A stretch of DNA of 64,000 nucleotides from Cercozoa sp. M6MM (lineage: Eukaryota; Protista; Endomyxa: Ascetosporea), in assembly GCA_040357565.1 (NCBI GenBank), contig JBDODJ010000031.1. The stretch is one strand, 5' to 3'. The first letter of the stretch is position 1. Each line of letters opens with the position of its first letter. Positions 29,476 through 41,064 of this stretch are shown here, piece by piece. Both the position numbers and the translations under genes were made by a program. Under the pieces are notes generated by a model. That model was not told the DNA's origin and searched no databases. It was given only the letters and a program-made list of their open reading frames with translations.

Positions 29476-32400
29476 GCATGTGTCATTTTCTCCATCTACG
29501 TTGATACAAAGCATTTGTGAGTGTAGAGCATGATTTTCGCTACCTGTTGCGACGACACGGAGACTCTGCGTTCGATTTTGAGAGCGAAGAAGTTGGTATG
29601 AGCGCAGAGGCACTGGCACAAGAAACGGCCTTTGTTGTCTGTGAGTTTTTATTTTCTGTCTCCATTGATGGTATTATGTTTGTTTTTTGTACAGTCACCT
29701 CAGGATCAACTGGCCTGCCCAAAGGTAGAGCAGGCAAACTAATTTAGTCCAACAACATTCATGTACTCACTTGTGCAGGAGCGGTGTACTCGGAAGCAGC
29801 CTTTGCTAATGCGACTCTTAATAGCACTCCGCGAACCTTCTTTGTGTGGCCGTCACTTGGCTCGCTTGCCTTGTCGGTATTGTTGCGACGCATATATAGA
29901 GCACATGCATGTACCTGACTATAGGTCAAGCGGCGCGTCACGTATTATGTCGCACTGATGGGTGGTCGTACCGCTCTCGCCTTGCACGACACTGTTGTGC
30001 CACACGTGCACACACATGCACACGCACCTTATACACATCAATACGCAAACATTTAGTCCATCCAACACACGTGTCGGCATGCACACCCGACGGAACTGAG
30101 CGCTACGCCGCGTTTCTACCAAGTCGTGCGGCAGCAGTGTACCTTGTCTACCCTGAGGAATCTCAGTCTCCCGAGGTGTGACTTTTTGTACAAAGGTCAC
30201 GCACTGCAAGAAGGAGGTCTTAGTCGACTGGATGGTGCGCCACTTCTATTGTTCTTTGTTGTTGCTGCTGCTGCTTTTGTTGTTGTTGTGTTACGTTGCG
30301 CACATCGCGTTCAGCGCTGCGAATGCTACGTCTGCGTTGCGGCACCGAACGTGTCACTTCACTCGGTGTTGGTGGTGCCTATGTCGGACAGCAGCTGCGA
30401 GAGTGTATCACTCACTTGCTTCTGTCCTCGAATGTGTTCCGTCACTTGTCGTTTGTGTATGTGCAGTCATTAAGGAGTGGGCTCAAAATATTCCACCTGT
30501 CACAAATGATGCGCATGGTACTCTTCAACTGACCTGATCCCTCCAAGATTATATACTGCACGCACCCTTCCTGTAGAAGAAGTCGACGCTGAGTTAAACA
30601 TGGCCAGGAGCATCTCGTGGAATGTCATCACAGTGCGCGAGGGCTACGGTATATCGCTGTTGGTACATTTTGTCGTTTTTTTTTTGCAACTTTTTTTGTG
30701 AAGGCATCTCGGAGACGGGACATGTGGCCACTGGTGATGGATACATGCGCGGCTCCTTGCAGGTACGGCGTCTGTACAAGCAGTATACTTCCGCGAGCCT
30801 AAATCTGTATGCAGTATCGTCTGCGTCCTGTACCGTCATTGGGCATCACACAACGGGATGTTGAAGAACAAAACAAAGGAGAGTTGCTTGTCAAAGTTCC
30901 GTTCCAGGTGTCAAATTTCCCTTGAATCGTGCACTGTTGGGCCGTCCCTTACTTTGCAATGCAGGTCAATCGTTACCTTGGAACAGTTGGTGTCGAACAA
31001 ACCAAGGAACGTTTCACTGAGGACGGTTTTTTTTGCACCGGCGATGTCGTAAAAATAGTTGGTTCAAGACAGTTAAGAGTTATCGACCGGGTCAAAGCTA
31101 TTCTTAAAACCGGACATGGTATCTTTACATATGCAGTGTATCACAACATACAATTTACTCTCGTGCTGTGTAGGCGAGTTCCTGTCGGCCAGTTTAGTTG
31201 AGGAAACTGTTCTCCAACACATACCCACGCTTGTGCAGAACTGCTTCGTCACATTGCCTTCCCTGGAGTTGGCCAGTCGCATGGTAAACAGTGTCGCTCT
31301 TGTAGTCGTCTTGAGCGACTCCTTCGTCCAAAAACTTTGTGCCGACCTTGGGTATGCCAGAAATACCAGCCTTACTATCCGTGGTATATTATGCTCCGAG
31401 TATCCTTCTGTAACTTTCCGCAGCGTTGAATACACCAACTGCTACGAGCGTGCTGTTGCGTCGCTGAGCCAGCGGGTTTTGCGTGATGCCGAAACCACTG
31501 TCCGCACGGCTGTATCGGACCTTGTCGCTTTGGGGTACCACTTGTGTCTGTAGAGTTAAGGATGTAGCTATATACATATGGGTAATTGCTCAGTCACTTG
31601 CGACGGTTTGAGGTGCCATTTGGCGTGATTACTTCCACCACCACTTTCACTGTGGCCAATCACCTGCTGACACCGTCTATCAAACCTGCACGCGCCACTC
31701 TCGGTATCGTGTGAAGTGATACATTGTAGCTCACACATGTGTACGTTTAGAGAAACGCTTCCGTGCGGAGGTGGACCGTCGCGCGGTGCGTGCGATTGAG
31801 CAAGAGCAGGTGGGGGCACGGACAGCTTTGAATGGCGCTGGAATGTGGTCGCTCGAGTTCGAACGTCTTGGCGGTGACTCGATGGCAGCAGTAGCTCTCA
31901 GTGCGCAGTTGCAAGCAATCGGCGTTTCTGTACCAAAATTTTTTTGAAATATGTCTGTTATGTTGTGCTGTTAGATGTCGCCAGGTGAAGTGCTGCGCTG
32001 CAGAGGTCGCATCTGCACCGACGAGAACCGCAGCAACAACAGCAGCAGCAACAACAATGACAACAACTCTAGCAGTGTCACGGACATTAACATCGACGAT
32101 CTCGTTCGCGGAGTCAACGAAGGTGTCGCGACCGCTGATCTTTCCGATTGTGACGATGGTCACGTTGTTATCACTGGTTGCACCGGCTTCGTTGGTCGCA
32201 ATGTCCTGCGTCACTTCCTGCTGAGTACTCTTCCACATTCGTGTCATACACCTACTCGTTCACACATACCATTACAGCGGAGCGACCTGTGGTGTGTCTG
32301 GTACGCGGTGATATCCAAGCGTCGCAGCAGCGCGTGCAGCAACGTCTGCCCGACGTCGGTATATCAATCTACCAGCTTTTCTCTCCCTCTCCTACTTTTA

Positions 32401-33658
32401 CCCCTGACCCCTTCCCGCAGAAGTCGGAAAGGCAGTATGGCTGCAAGTGCCGTCACTGAGTGCGCGCACATCGCGCGACGTCGTTGACACTGCCAAGACG
32501 ATTGTCGATGTCATTGGCAACAGTACTGTGCAGCGAGTTGTCGCCGTTGTGCACTCTGCCGTACATTTTGCCTGCAACTTGTTCAGCTGACAGAGAGTGT
32601 ATCTGTGCTGTCTGCAGTGCGAAGTGAATCATGTCAAGCAACTGCGCGAGATCTGGCCAGTGAATGTGGGTGGAACCGCCGTCGCTGCGCGTTTCGCCCG
32701 TCTACTCGGCTGTCGCCGTTTCGTGCATGTGTCCTCGCAGTCTGCTTCACGTCCTTGTACCTTTCGCTCTGAATGATGAGCTGACTGTTTGCGCGTCCCA
32801 TGATGTACTGCCCACAGCGAATCAAGTGGGCTACGGCGCATCAAAACTGCTGTCAGAGCAAGTGCTCTTGCAATGCAGTCTCGACATGCAGTTGCACATT
32901 GTGCGACTTGGCATGGTCGGCTGGAATTCGGGTACCTATCGACACGTTTAATTCTGTCCCCTTCTAATCCGTTTGCTTCCTGTAGAGACTGGCGATGTCA
33001 ACGAGCGCGACTGGTTTAATCGAGCTTTGCTCGCTTGTGTGCGACTACGAACGCTGCCGCCCTACGCGGCCAATGGTAGCACTGACGGTGATTTTTACAT
33101 GTCGCTTGTGCCAGTTGACACGGTTGCTCGTCATTTCGGTGCCATGTGTGAGTACACTACTGACACCAACACTAGCGGTATTTGCTCTCTGTATCGGGTG
33201 CTGTTTTTTCATGTACTGTGTTTTTGTAGTGTTTCGTTGGGCTCCCGGGTACACGCATGTGCCTCTGCCGCGCTTGTGCCTCGCGCTTCGACAGGCAGCG
33301 AGTGAGGAAACGCTCGAGATTGCCGAGTCTCCTGCTGCATTCCGTCGCATCTGCAGAGCCAGTACCTTTGCTTTAAGCATGTGGGCATTAACGTTATTGA
33401 CCGTGTCTATGTATCTATCATGTGCAGACAGAGGAGCAGATGGTGTCTTTGCCCAGCGTTTGTTGCAGCGCGATCTCATCACCTCTTTCATCCCGTAAGG
33501 ATAAATTTACCACTGCGCATTCCTCAATAACCTATTGTATATGCCTATGCATACGCAGCAACAACGTTGTGGAGGAAGATGACGCACTTCCCGCGTCGTC
33601 GTTTACCTCGACGACCTCAATGCAACGTGCGCTTCTGTCGTTGCTGGCTTTTGCTTAG
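27155..33658 (+). CDS. NRPS-like carboxylic acid reductase: TM segment - ZZ zinc finger - adenylation - thiolation - thioester reductase; start unresolved
   Basis: ZZ: CDIC...RYHSLCSD/NFDVCPECF. A3: TSGSTGLPKG. A5: EGYGISETG. A7/A8: FTEDGFFCTGD...IDRVK...GEF. T domain: LGGDS (31870-31881). R domain: VVITGCTGFVG and GYGASK. Confidence 0.85.
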
Positions 33659-34003
33659 TCGAGTACAGAGGAAAGCCGGGCCCGCGACACGACAGGTGTT
33701 GAGTTTGCGTTTACATACCAGCGTATGGCAGTTCGGTTATTGTTTTCATCACCTCCCGTACCCACCCGATGCTACCGAACCACGGCAAACAGGTCGCACC
33801 TTGGGATGGATCATTTAGTTGCAATTTAGTTACGTTAGTTGATTTAACCGCCGACTGAACGGAAAATGCGATCATTGAGTCGAGTTTTGTGTTTGCATTT
33901 TCCTGGGATACGCGCGTAAGTAACGAGATACAGGTCAAAGAAAACTGAAATGCTCTAAAAGCTCGAAGGTGTGCACAAGTAAGTAACCAAGAATCTGGAA
34001 ACA

Positions 34004-35007
34004 ATGACTCTGAATGAGTCGGAGCAATGGGCGGTTGAGCTGTCGCTGAAGCAACTCTCACTCGAGGAACATTTGGCCAACGTACGCTTTTGGGGGAAGA
34101 TCTTCGGTGAACGCGTCGATTATCTTATCGCCGTGGCTGAGCGACCGGAGAAACTGGTTATGAACACCGAATCACGAGCGGGCGAGTGCTTTCCGTCGCA
34201 ATTCTGGTTCAGCACGGACGGGGGTGCCAACTTCTCCAGAGTCCCTGATGTTGACCGTCGCGAGCAAGTTATTGATGCGCTCAACGCAAGAAGTCAGCGA
34301 CTGGCTCGTTTCACCGGCGATCCGATAAAACTACTTGCAGAAGTGACGATCCCTCTTCCTGAGCGCAAAGCCTCCGCCCATGGCGCCTCCGAACAGTCCG
34401 AAAAAGACGATGACGACGTACAAAAAGGGGGCGAATCTTCAGATGAAGTCGAAAACGAAAAGTTTGAGACAATGCGAGTGACTGAATTGCACCGTTTGGC
34501 GCATGTTGTTGCTCAAATCACGAGCGAGTGTCTCACCGTGCACCGCGGCGCTCATGTTCTTAGCGCGGACGGCCTCGTCAAATCGGCCAAGGACTTCCAC
34601 ATCTCCTCTTTCTACCGACTTCAGGAACTTACCACATACCAGCACATGAGAGTGCCTCACGCTCCGAAACTTCACAGAGTGTGTAATTCCACCGCCAACA
34701 ACAGCGACGACTTCTTTGAAGATCTGAGTGACGACTTTCCTCCAGGTATAATAGTCCAAGTGAACGATGGTCGGCTTTTTTGTTTTAAACAGTCCAAGGG
34801 AACAAATTCGTAGACCTGGCTTGGAGCTTACGCAGCGATGCCTACAAAAAGGTGGTGGCCTTAAGAAGCAACGTATGGCCCGGCTATGAAGTTCGATTCG
34901 ACCAAACAACAACCAGCCCGTTTGGCAGCCAAACCTACTTTGGCATCGGCGCGCCCGACACGAGCTTATGGACGGATTGCTCCACCAAACACCTAAACCG
35001 CCTTTGA
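34004..35007 (+). CDS. RSPH9: Radial spoke head protein 9-like, 2 exons
   Basis: VRFWGKIFG..DYLIA, RFTGDP, ELHRLAHVVAQI, WSL...VVALRSNVWPGY...YFGIG. Confidence 0.85.
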
Positions 35008-35188
35008 CAGCTGCCAGTAAGTTACTGTACGTTTTTTTCACTCGTTTGCTGCACCAGATGGGAGTAGACGTCCACACTGCTCGGCACAGTCGTTCCAAAT
35101 TCAGTTCGTTGCCAGTGCCGTAGAGCTCAATAAACTGTGAAATCCATCATGGAACTGAATTCTGCCGTCTATCAGTACTAGTATTCGT

Positions 35189-35352
35189 CGTAGCCAGGAT
35201 GCCGGATGAGTCACAAGCGCCGGCATATGGCCGTAGTCCACCGCCCGCTTAGGGCCATTATCATCTTTCTCGATACATCAACTATGTAGTTCCCCTGTAC
35301 CGGTCCTGGGGTGGGACACAAGCGTAGCTAGTCCACTGGCCGCTTAGGACGG
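35189..35352. repeat. Two tandem copies (C, B) of the small dispersed repeat
   Basis: cacaagcg...tagtccac...ccgcttagg occurs twice; copy B closely matches 6821-6895. Confidence 0.7.
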
Positions 35353-35386
35353 CCATCTAACTCACCTTTTAAAATTCCTCAAGGCA

Positions 35387-35767
35387 GTTACCCCTTTACC
35401 CCCCGTTACCCCTTTACCCCCCGTTACCCCTTTACCCCCCGTTACCCCTTTACCCCCCGTTACCCCTTTACCCCCCGTTACCCCTTTACCCCCCCGTTAC
35501 CCCTTTACCCCCCCGTTACCCCTTTACCCCCCGTTACCCCTTTACCCCCCGTTACCCCTTTACCCCCCGTTACCCCTTTACCCCCCGTTACCCCTTTACC
35601 CCCCGTTACCCCTTTACCCCCCNNNNNNNNNNNNNNNNNNNNNNNNNNNNNNNNNNNNNNNNNNNNNNNNNNNNNNNNNNNNNNNNNNNNNNNNNNNNNN
35701 NNNNNNNNNNNNNNNNNNNNNNCCCCCCCCGTTACCCCTTTACCCCCCCGTTACCTCTTTACCCCCG
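35387..35767. repeat. Telomere-like minisatellite (GTTACCCCTTTACCCCCC)n spanning a ~100-N gap
   Basis: About 13 units before the gap and about 2.5 after it, same orientation; the C-run varies between 6 and 7. Confidence 0.95.
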
Positions 35768-35940
35768 TACATCTAATAAAGCAGTTTGTGCGGTATTTTG
35801 GGGGTTCTGATTTTGCCTCGAAAAACCCCGCCCGGCCATACCCTTACCGTACGAAACAACCAAATGACTCCGAAACTTTTCGTTTTGCCGTTGCCCGGCG
35901 CGGTGCGGTAGAAGCGTGCCGCGCAGTTTAGTACGCAAAT

Positions 35941-38900
35941 TTAGCGACGACCCTTCTTCCGAGAAATGCGTTCTTGCTTTGCACGCTGTTGCAGTTGAAC
36001 CTTGCGCTGCACGCGCTTCTGCAAGAATTCGGCACGTGGCAACTCCTTGCCCTTCTTTCTCTGCACAAACAAACACAATTTGGGTTGTTTAAGCGAACAG
36101 TAGGGCGCAAAACCTATAGAATTGCCGTACCTGCACCTTGCGTCGCTGGTCTTTGTCCATGTTGCGGAGCTGGCGACGCTCCTTTCTCTCACGCATCTAC
36201 CAAATGTATGCACTGCACACAGCTACGGGGCAAAGGTAAAACAGGTACCTGCTTAATGGCAGAGGCATCACGCAATTCGCGTGAACCCTCAGCACGACGT
36301 TTCTGCTGCTTCTGCTCTGTGCTACCAGCAGTGTGCCACACCCGTTTGGAGTGATCTATCACAACCAGGGAGAAACAGAGTTGACGTAAATGCAAGACAA
36401 AGAGCGCAGACAAACGAGCGTCAACCCACCCATGTGCTTGAAGTCGCTGTCACTGACAACATCGGTCAGCGAGCGAGCAGTGCGCTGCTTCCAGCGACGG
36501 AAAGCGGTCTGTGCGGCACCACCGCTCTTGCTACGAAACATCAAAGGTCAGTAATATCTCGATACCCACCCATGAGGTCAACTTTACATGGCAGTAGCGT
36601 CCTTCGAAAGAGAGGCAGTGGCAACGTCACCGCCATCAGTCGGAAGTGCCATCACGAACTGCTTGACGTAGCGACGCTTGCGCGTGTCCCACTTTTGAAC
36701 CATTCTAGGCACATAAACTCGTGTGTAGATAGACGCGAAGCAACGCAAAACATAGCAGCGCACGCACCTCTTCTGACCGAGTGCCTGGGCCTCCTTGCCG
36801 CGCAGATCCACGTCAAGCAATGCCACGTTGCTCATGTTCTCCTCGTCCTGCCCGGAGTGGTGTCAGAGTGCATACGTACATTCAACAAACAAGAGGTACC
36901 ACGGCATTGCCATTGACGCGCATGTGCCGCTCTGCCAACTCCTCGCTCTGAACCATCAGCGCATACAGAACCAAGAAAGAAACATACAAATCGCAGCGAG
37001 CGGTACCGTGGGCGCAGCAGCGTGCGAAACAAAAAAGCGCGAATCGCGAAAGTCGTCAGTGCGCTTCTTACGCTTCTTGAGAGTCGGCTCGTCATCCTCG
37101 ACCTGCTGCTGCTCCGGCTCTTGTTGTTTTTTCTGTTGTTTTTGGTGTTGCTGCTGCTGCTGCTGCTGCTCACGTTGACGCTTCTTACGGCGCTTCTTGT
37201 TGCTAAGACGACGAGGCTTCTTGAGCTGCTCCTCCTCCTGTAAAGCATGCGCTTTGTGGGGTCGAAGGTATAACAGCGGCATGCAGTATGTACCTCAGCA
37301 TCGTGCACGCGAGCATTATCATTTCTCACAACCTCGTCGGCTTGGGCAAGGTGAGCAACACTAGTGAGCGAGCCAGCATCATCACTGCCTCCTTGCAGAG
37401 CCAGAATCGCGTCGCGCTTCTTCAACTCTAGCTTCATGGCGTCGCTTGCCATCTACCGCAAACACAGTCAAGACAATACATGTGCACACCTAAGCATCCT
37501 GTACCTTGGCCGAAGCCTGACGCGAGTTCTGACTGGTCTTGCCTTGCCTGACAAGTCGCATGACTGTGCAAAGACCAACAGGGTCGCAAACGAAAAACAT
37601 AAGAGTACGCGATGGCCTTGCGCTGCAGAAAATCGAACACGTTGCCCTTGTTGGGACGGTACCTACAACACAGAGGTAATACGGATGGCACTGTTGGGCA
37701 GTGATACCGCTCCAGCATGGTGGCAGCGTCGAGTTGTTCCTCCGCCTCCTGGCCTGAGACGAAAAGTGTAAAAGAAGAGCTCCAATATCCGAATACAAGT
37801 GAGAAGGTACTCAGAAGATGTGCAAAGATCGGATGCGCTTTGATGCCGTCATACAACTGGTCCTCATCTAAACGCATACTTACAACGCACGTCAAGAAAC
37901 AAAACACAGAAACACAGCGGTACCATCGACAGGCTTCTCACGCATATGACCACGCCCGTCTGTGCACACACGTACACTCCCAGAAAGAGGCGAAGAAACG
38001 GCATTGAACACACCATTGTCGAGGAGCAACTTGGCGCTGCTGACCCCGCGTTTCGTTGCCTGCGGACGCGACTTTTGGTACTTCTCGTGCGCTGCATCGC
38101 ATAAAGGAGTCCACAATCCTATGTACAGAGGTGTGTACCCTTGACGCTAGCCTCGGACATGGCGCGAACCTCCTCGTTGCGTTTTTCCACACGCCGGAGC
38201 CACTCGCAGGCATCACGCAGCGGTCCCGCCGGTACCGTGCCCAGGACAAAGTACTTGGCATACTTCTCATCGTCAGTCTGCGCATGCACACATGTAACCG
38301 CCCAGACTTCTCACTCACCCCACACAGAAAAACACGCACCATGTGGGCAGCGGCCGCAGGAAGACGAGTCAGAATCGGTCGTTGCAAGAAACGGATCAAG
38401 TCGCAATAGTACGGTAGCTAGGGACATGTCACAAGAGCAAGTCCAGAGACACGCAAGGCATAAGACACAGACACGAGGCGACAGGAGACTACCTCTTCTG
38501 GTGTCACAAGCGTGAGCACACGACCCTTGCGACCGGCACGTGCCACACGGCCTGCAGAAAAAACATGAACAACGTCGCTTTGCAACTTTTCCTGCAGCAA
38601 GCGTACCGGCGCGATGCACAAACGTTTTGGGAGCAGCACACAGGTCAACATTGATGACGTTGTCCAGTAGCGGCAAGTCGAGGCCACGAGCCGCCACATC
38701 CGTCACCACCTACCCTCACATGCACAACAATCAAAGTGCAACGTCTGTCAAAGCATACTGCAGTGACAGTGGATGTGTTTGTGTGTGCTAAACCATGCAC
38801 TGACGACGACGCGAACGGAAGAGTGCGAGTGCACGTCGACGCGCAGCTTGATCCATCTGACCGTAAGCCACGACCCTGCACAAAAAGTATCCACTACAGG

Positions 38901-40766
38901 CACAAACATACAAGTGTTTTGTACGAGGAAATGTCGGCAGCACGCAGCAGGTTATGCACGAGTTGCGCCCGCCACCGCGTTGCACAGAACAGCAAGCACC
39001 TACGATACACACACACACTGCACACTCGATACAGTCGCAGGTACAAGATGCACGCGGTACTGTTCGTAGCCATCGCGCAACACTGCGGTTTGAGTTTCCT
39101 CCCCTTCTTCCTTCTCCTCCTCCTGTTGCTGCTGCGCCATGAGCAGCTCGTCCTCTTCTTGTTCGGCATCGGCTGACTCTTGCTGTTGCTGCTGCAACAG
39201 GAGCTGGTTCTTCTTGTTTTTGCGACGCTCCTTACGTTTCTTCTTCTGAGTTTCACCAACATTGAACAGCCAACAAAACAAAATAACGGCAGCGCACAAG
39301 GCGATACCGGAACGTGCAGCACGGAGGGAATCGTCGGCGCCACGTTGGCAGGCTTCAAACGAGAGGCCTGCGTCTGTGCTTGCGAGAGTTCCTATCTCAC
39401 AGACACGCATGCGGATGCCATAATAAACACACACACGAAATGAGCGCCAAGATACCAGGTCGACACGAATGACGTGCTGGAGCATCACGAGCAGTGCACC
39501 CAGCGTCTCGTCGCTGCGGCAGTGCAGAAAGGCGGCACTCAGCTTGTCACTACACTAACTCGTTGTTGCACCCGCATAGCTTCAGATTATAGTAAGACAA
39601 TGCGTACCTCAACTTAGTGTCAGTGTCCAGTCGAATAACGGCTGCATCCTGCAGCGCATACGCAAATCAACCAAAACCGAGAAGCAAGCACTTCACATCG
39701 ACCAACGCACCTGTGCCAGACCGGCGCGAGCAAAGGCAGCAAGTGCTTCGGGCATCGTTGCCGAAAACAACGAAGTTTGTCTGCTCGTGCGAGCCTATAC
39801 AAGCGCAAACATGCGGCGATGCAAACCACAACAGATAGCGCGGGTTGAGGAAATACCTCAGGAAGTGCCTGTAGGATAGCACGCAGCTGTGGAGCAAAAC
39901 CAAGTTCGAAAAGCTGATCGGCCTCGTCGAACACAACGTGTTTCACCTACAGATAGTTGAGTACATGTGTGCTAATGAGATGGCGGGAACAAAGATCTTA
40001 CGTTAGAAAGGGACAGTTCGCCCTTGGTGGCATGCAGCAGATGCACCAGACGACCCGGGGTGGCAACCAAAATGTCCGGGTTGCCACTCAGTGCTGCGCA
40101 AACATAAGACGCGTTTGCACAGTAAAATAAAGAGAAAAGGAGTAGGCAACTACCCTCAAACTGCGTCTCCAGTGCTTCGCCGCCAACGACACATTCCACA
40201 CGCAAACGCGGCTTCGTGTGCTTACTCAGCTGTGTGCGGGTGGAGTAACAAACACACCAAGCACGCACGCACACGCATTTATACGCACCTTTCTGGCAAA
40301 CTTTAGAGTCTGAAGCGCGAGCTCTCTCGTCGGTGACAGAATTAGCGCCCGAACACTACGAATTCAATCACATACACAGCAAGTACAAAGCACAAACGGA
40401 TAGGTGGGTATGGGCGCGTGGATACCCAACAGGACGGTGTGATTCCAATGTGTTCAACACCGGAATGAGAAAAGCAGCCGACTTGCCACTACCAGTACGT
40501 GCCATGGCGACAATGTCGCGACCGGCCAGTGCCACTGGAATCGACTTACGCTGGATCGGTGTTGGCAGACGGTAACCCATATGCGCGATGCCTGTGAATG
40601 CATGGATATCCTGCAAAAAAAGAAGAAAATCAGTTCGCAAGGTACCCTTCAGCAGAGCGGTATGAAGTCCCATGCTCTGGAAGGATCCACCCGACACCTT
40701 CTTCTTGCCAGCGCCTGCGCTGACTTCGGCGGCCAAAGCCGCCAACAGGCCGTTCTCGCCCGACAT
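35941..40766 (-). CDS. DDX54: DEAD-box RNA helicase DDX54/Dbp10, multi-exon
   Basis: [91 protein letters not shown]. Confidence 0.93.
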
Positions 40767-41064
40767 GTTTAATTTGTGCCGCACCGAGTTTCAAAAACTC
40801 CAAATGCTTGCGTAAACTAAACCGAAAGGTGGCAGCACACGTTAGCGCACGCACGCTATCACGCATGCGTAAATCAAGCGGAGCGCCGGTAAAACAATAA
40901 GAAATCAGAGAATTCTCGGTGCTCAGTGCTCGCGACCACGCTAAGGTCATAGCACGTTGGTATGTTTAGTACATGGTGCGAGTGCATTTGGGCGTGTCCA
41001 GCGACTGTGTTTACGTTTGTGTGTCAAAAGTTGTCCTCCGGGTTGGCAAAGTGGGACAGATCAC

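Noticed and set aside
35387-35767. CRISPR array
   Set aside because: Head-to-tail repeats without unique spacers, in a eukaryotic context.
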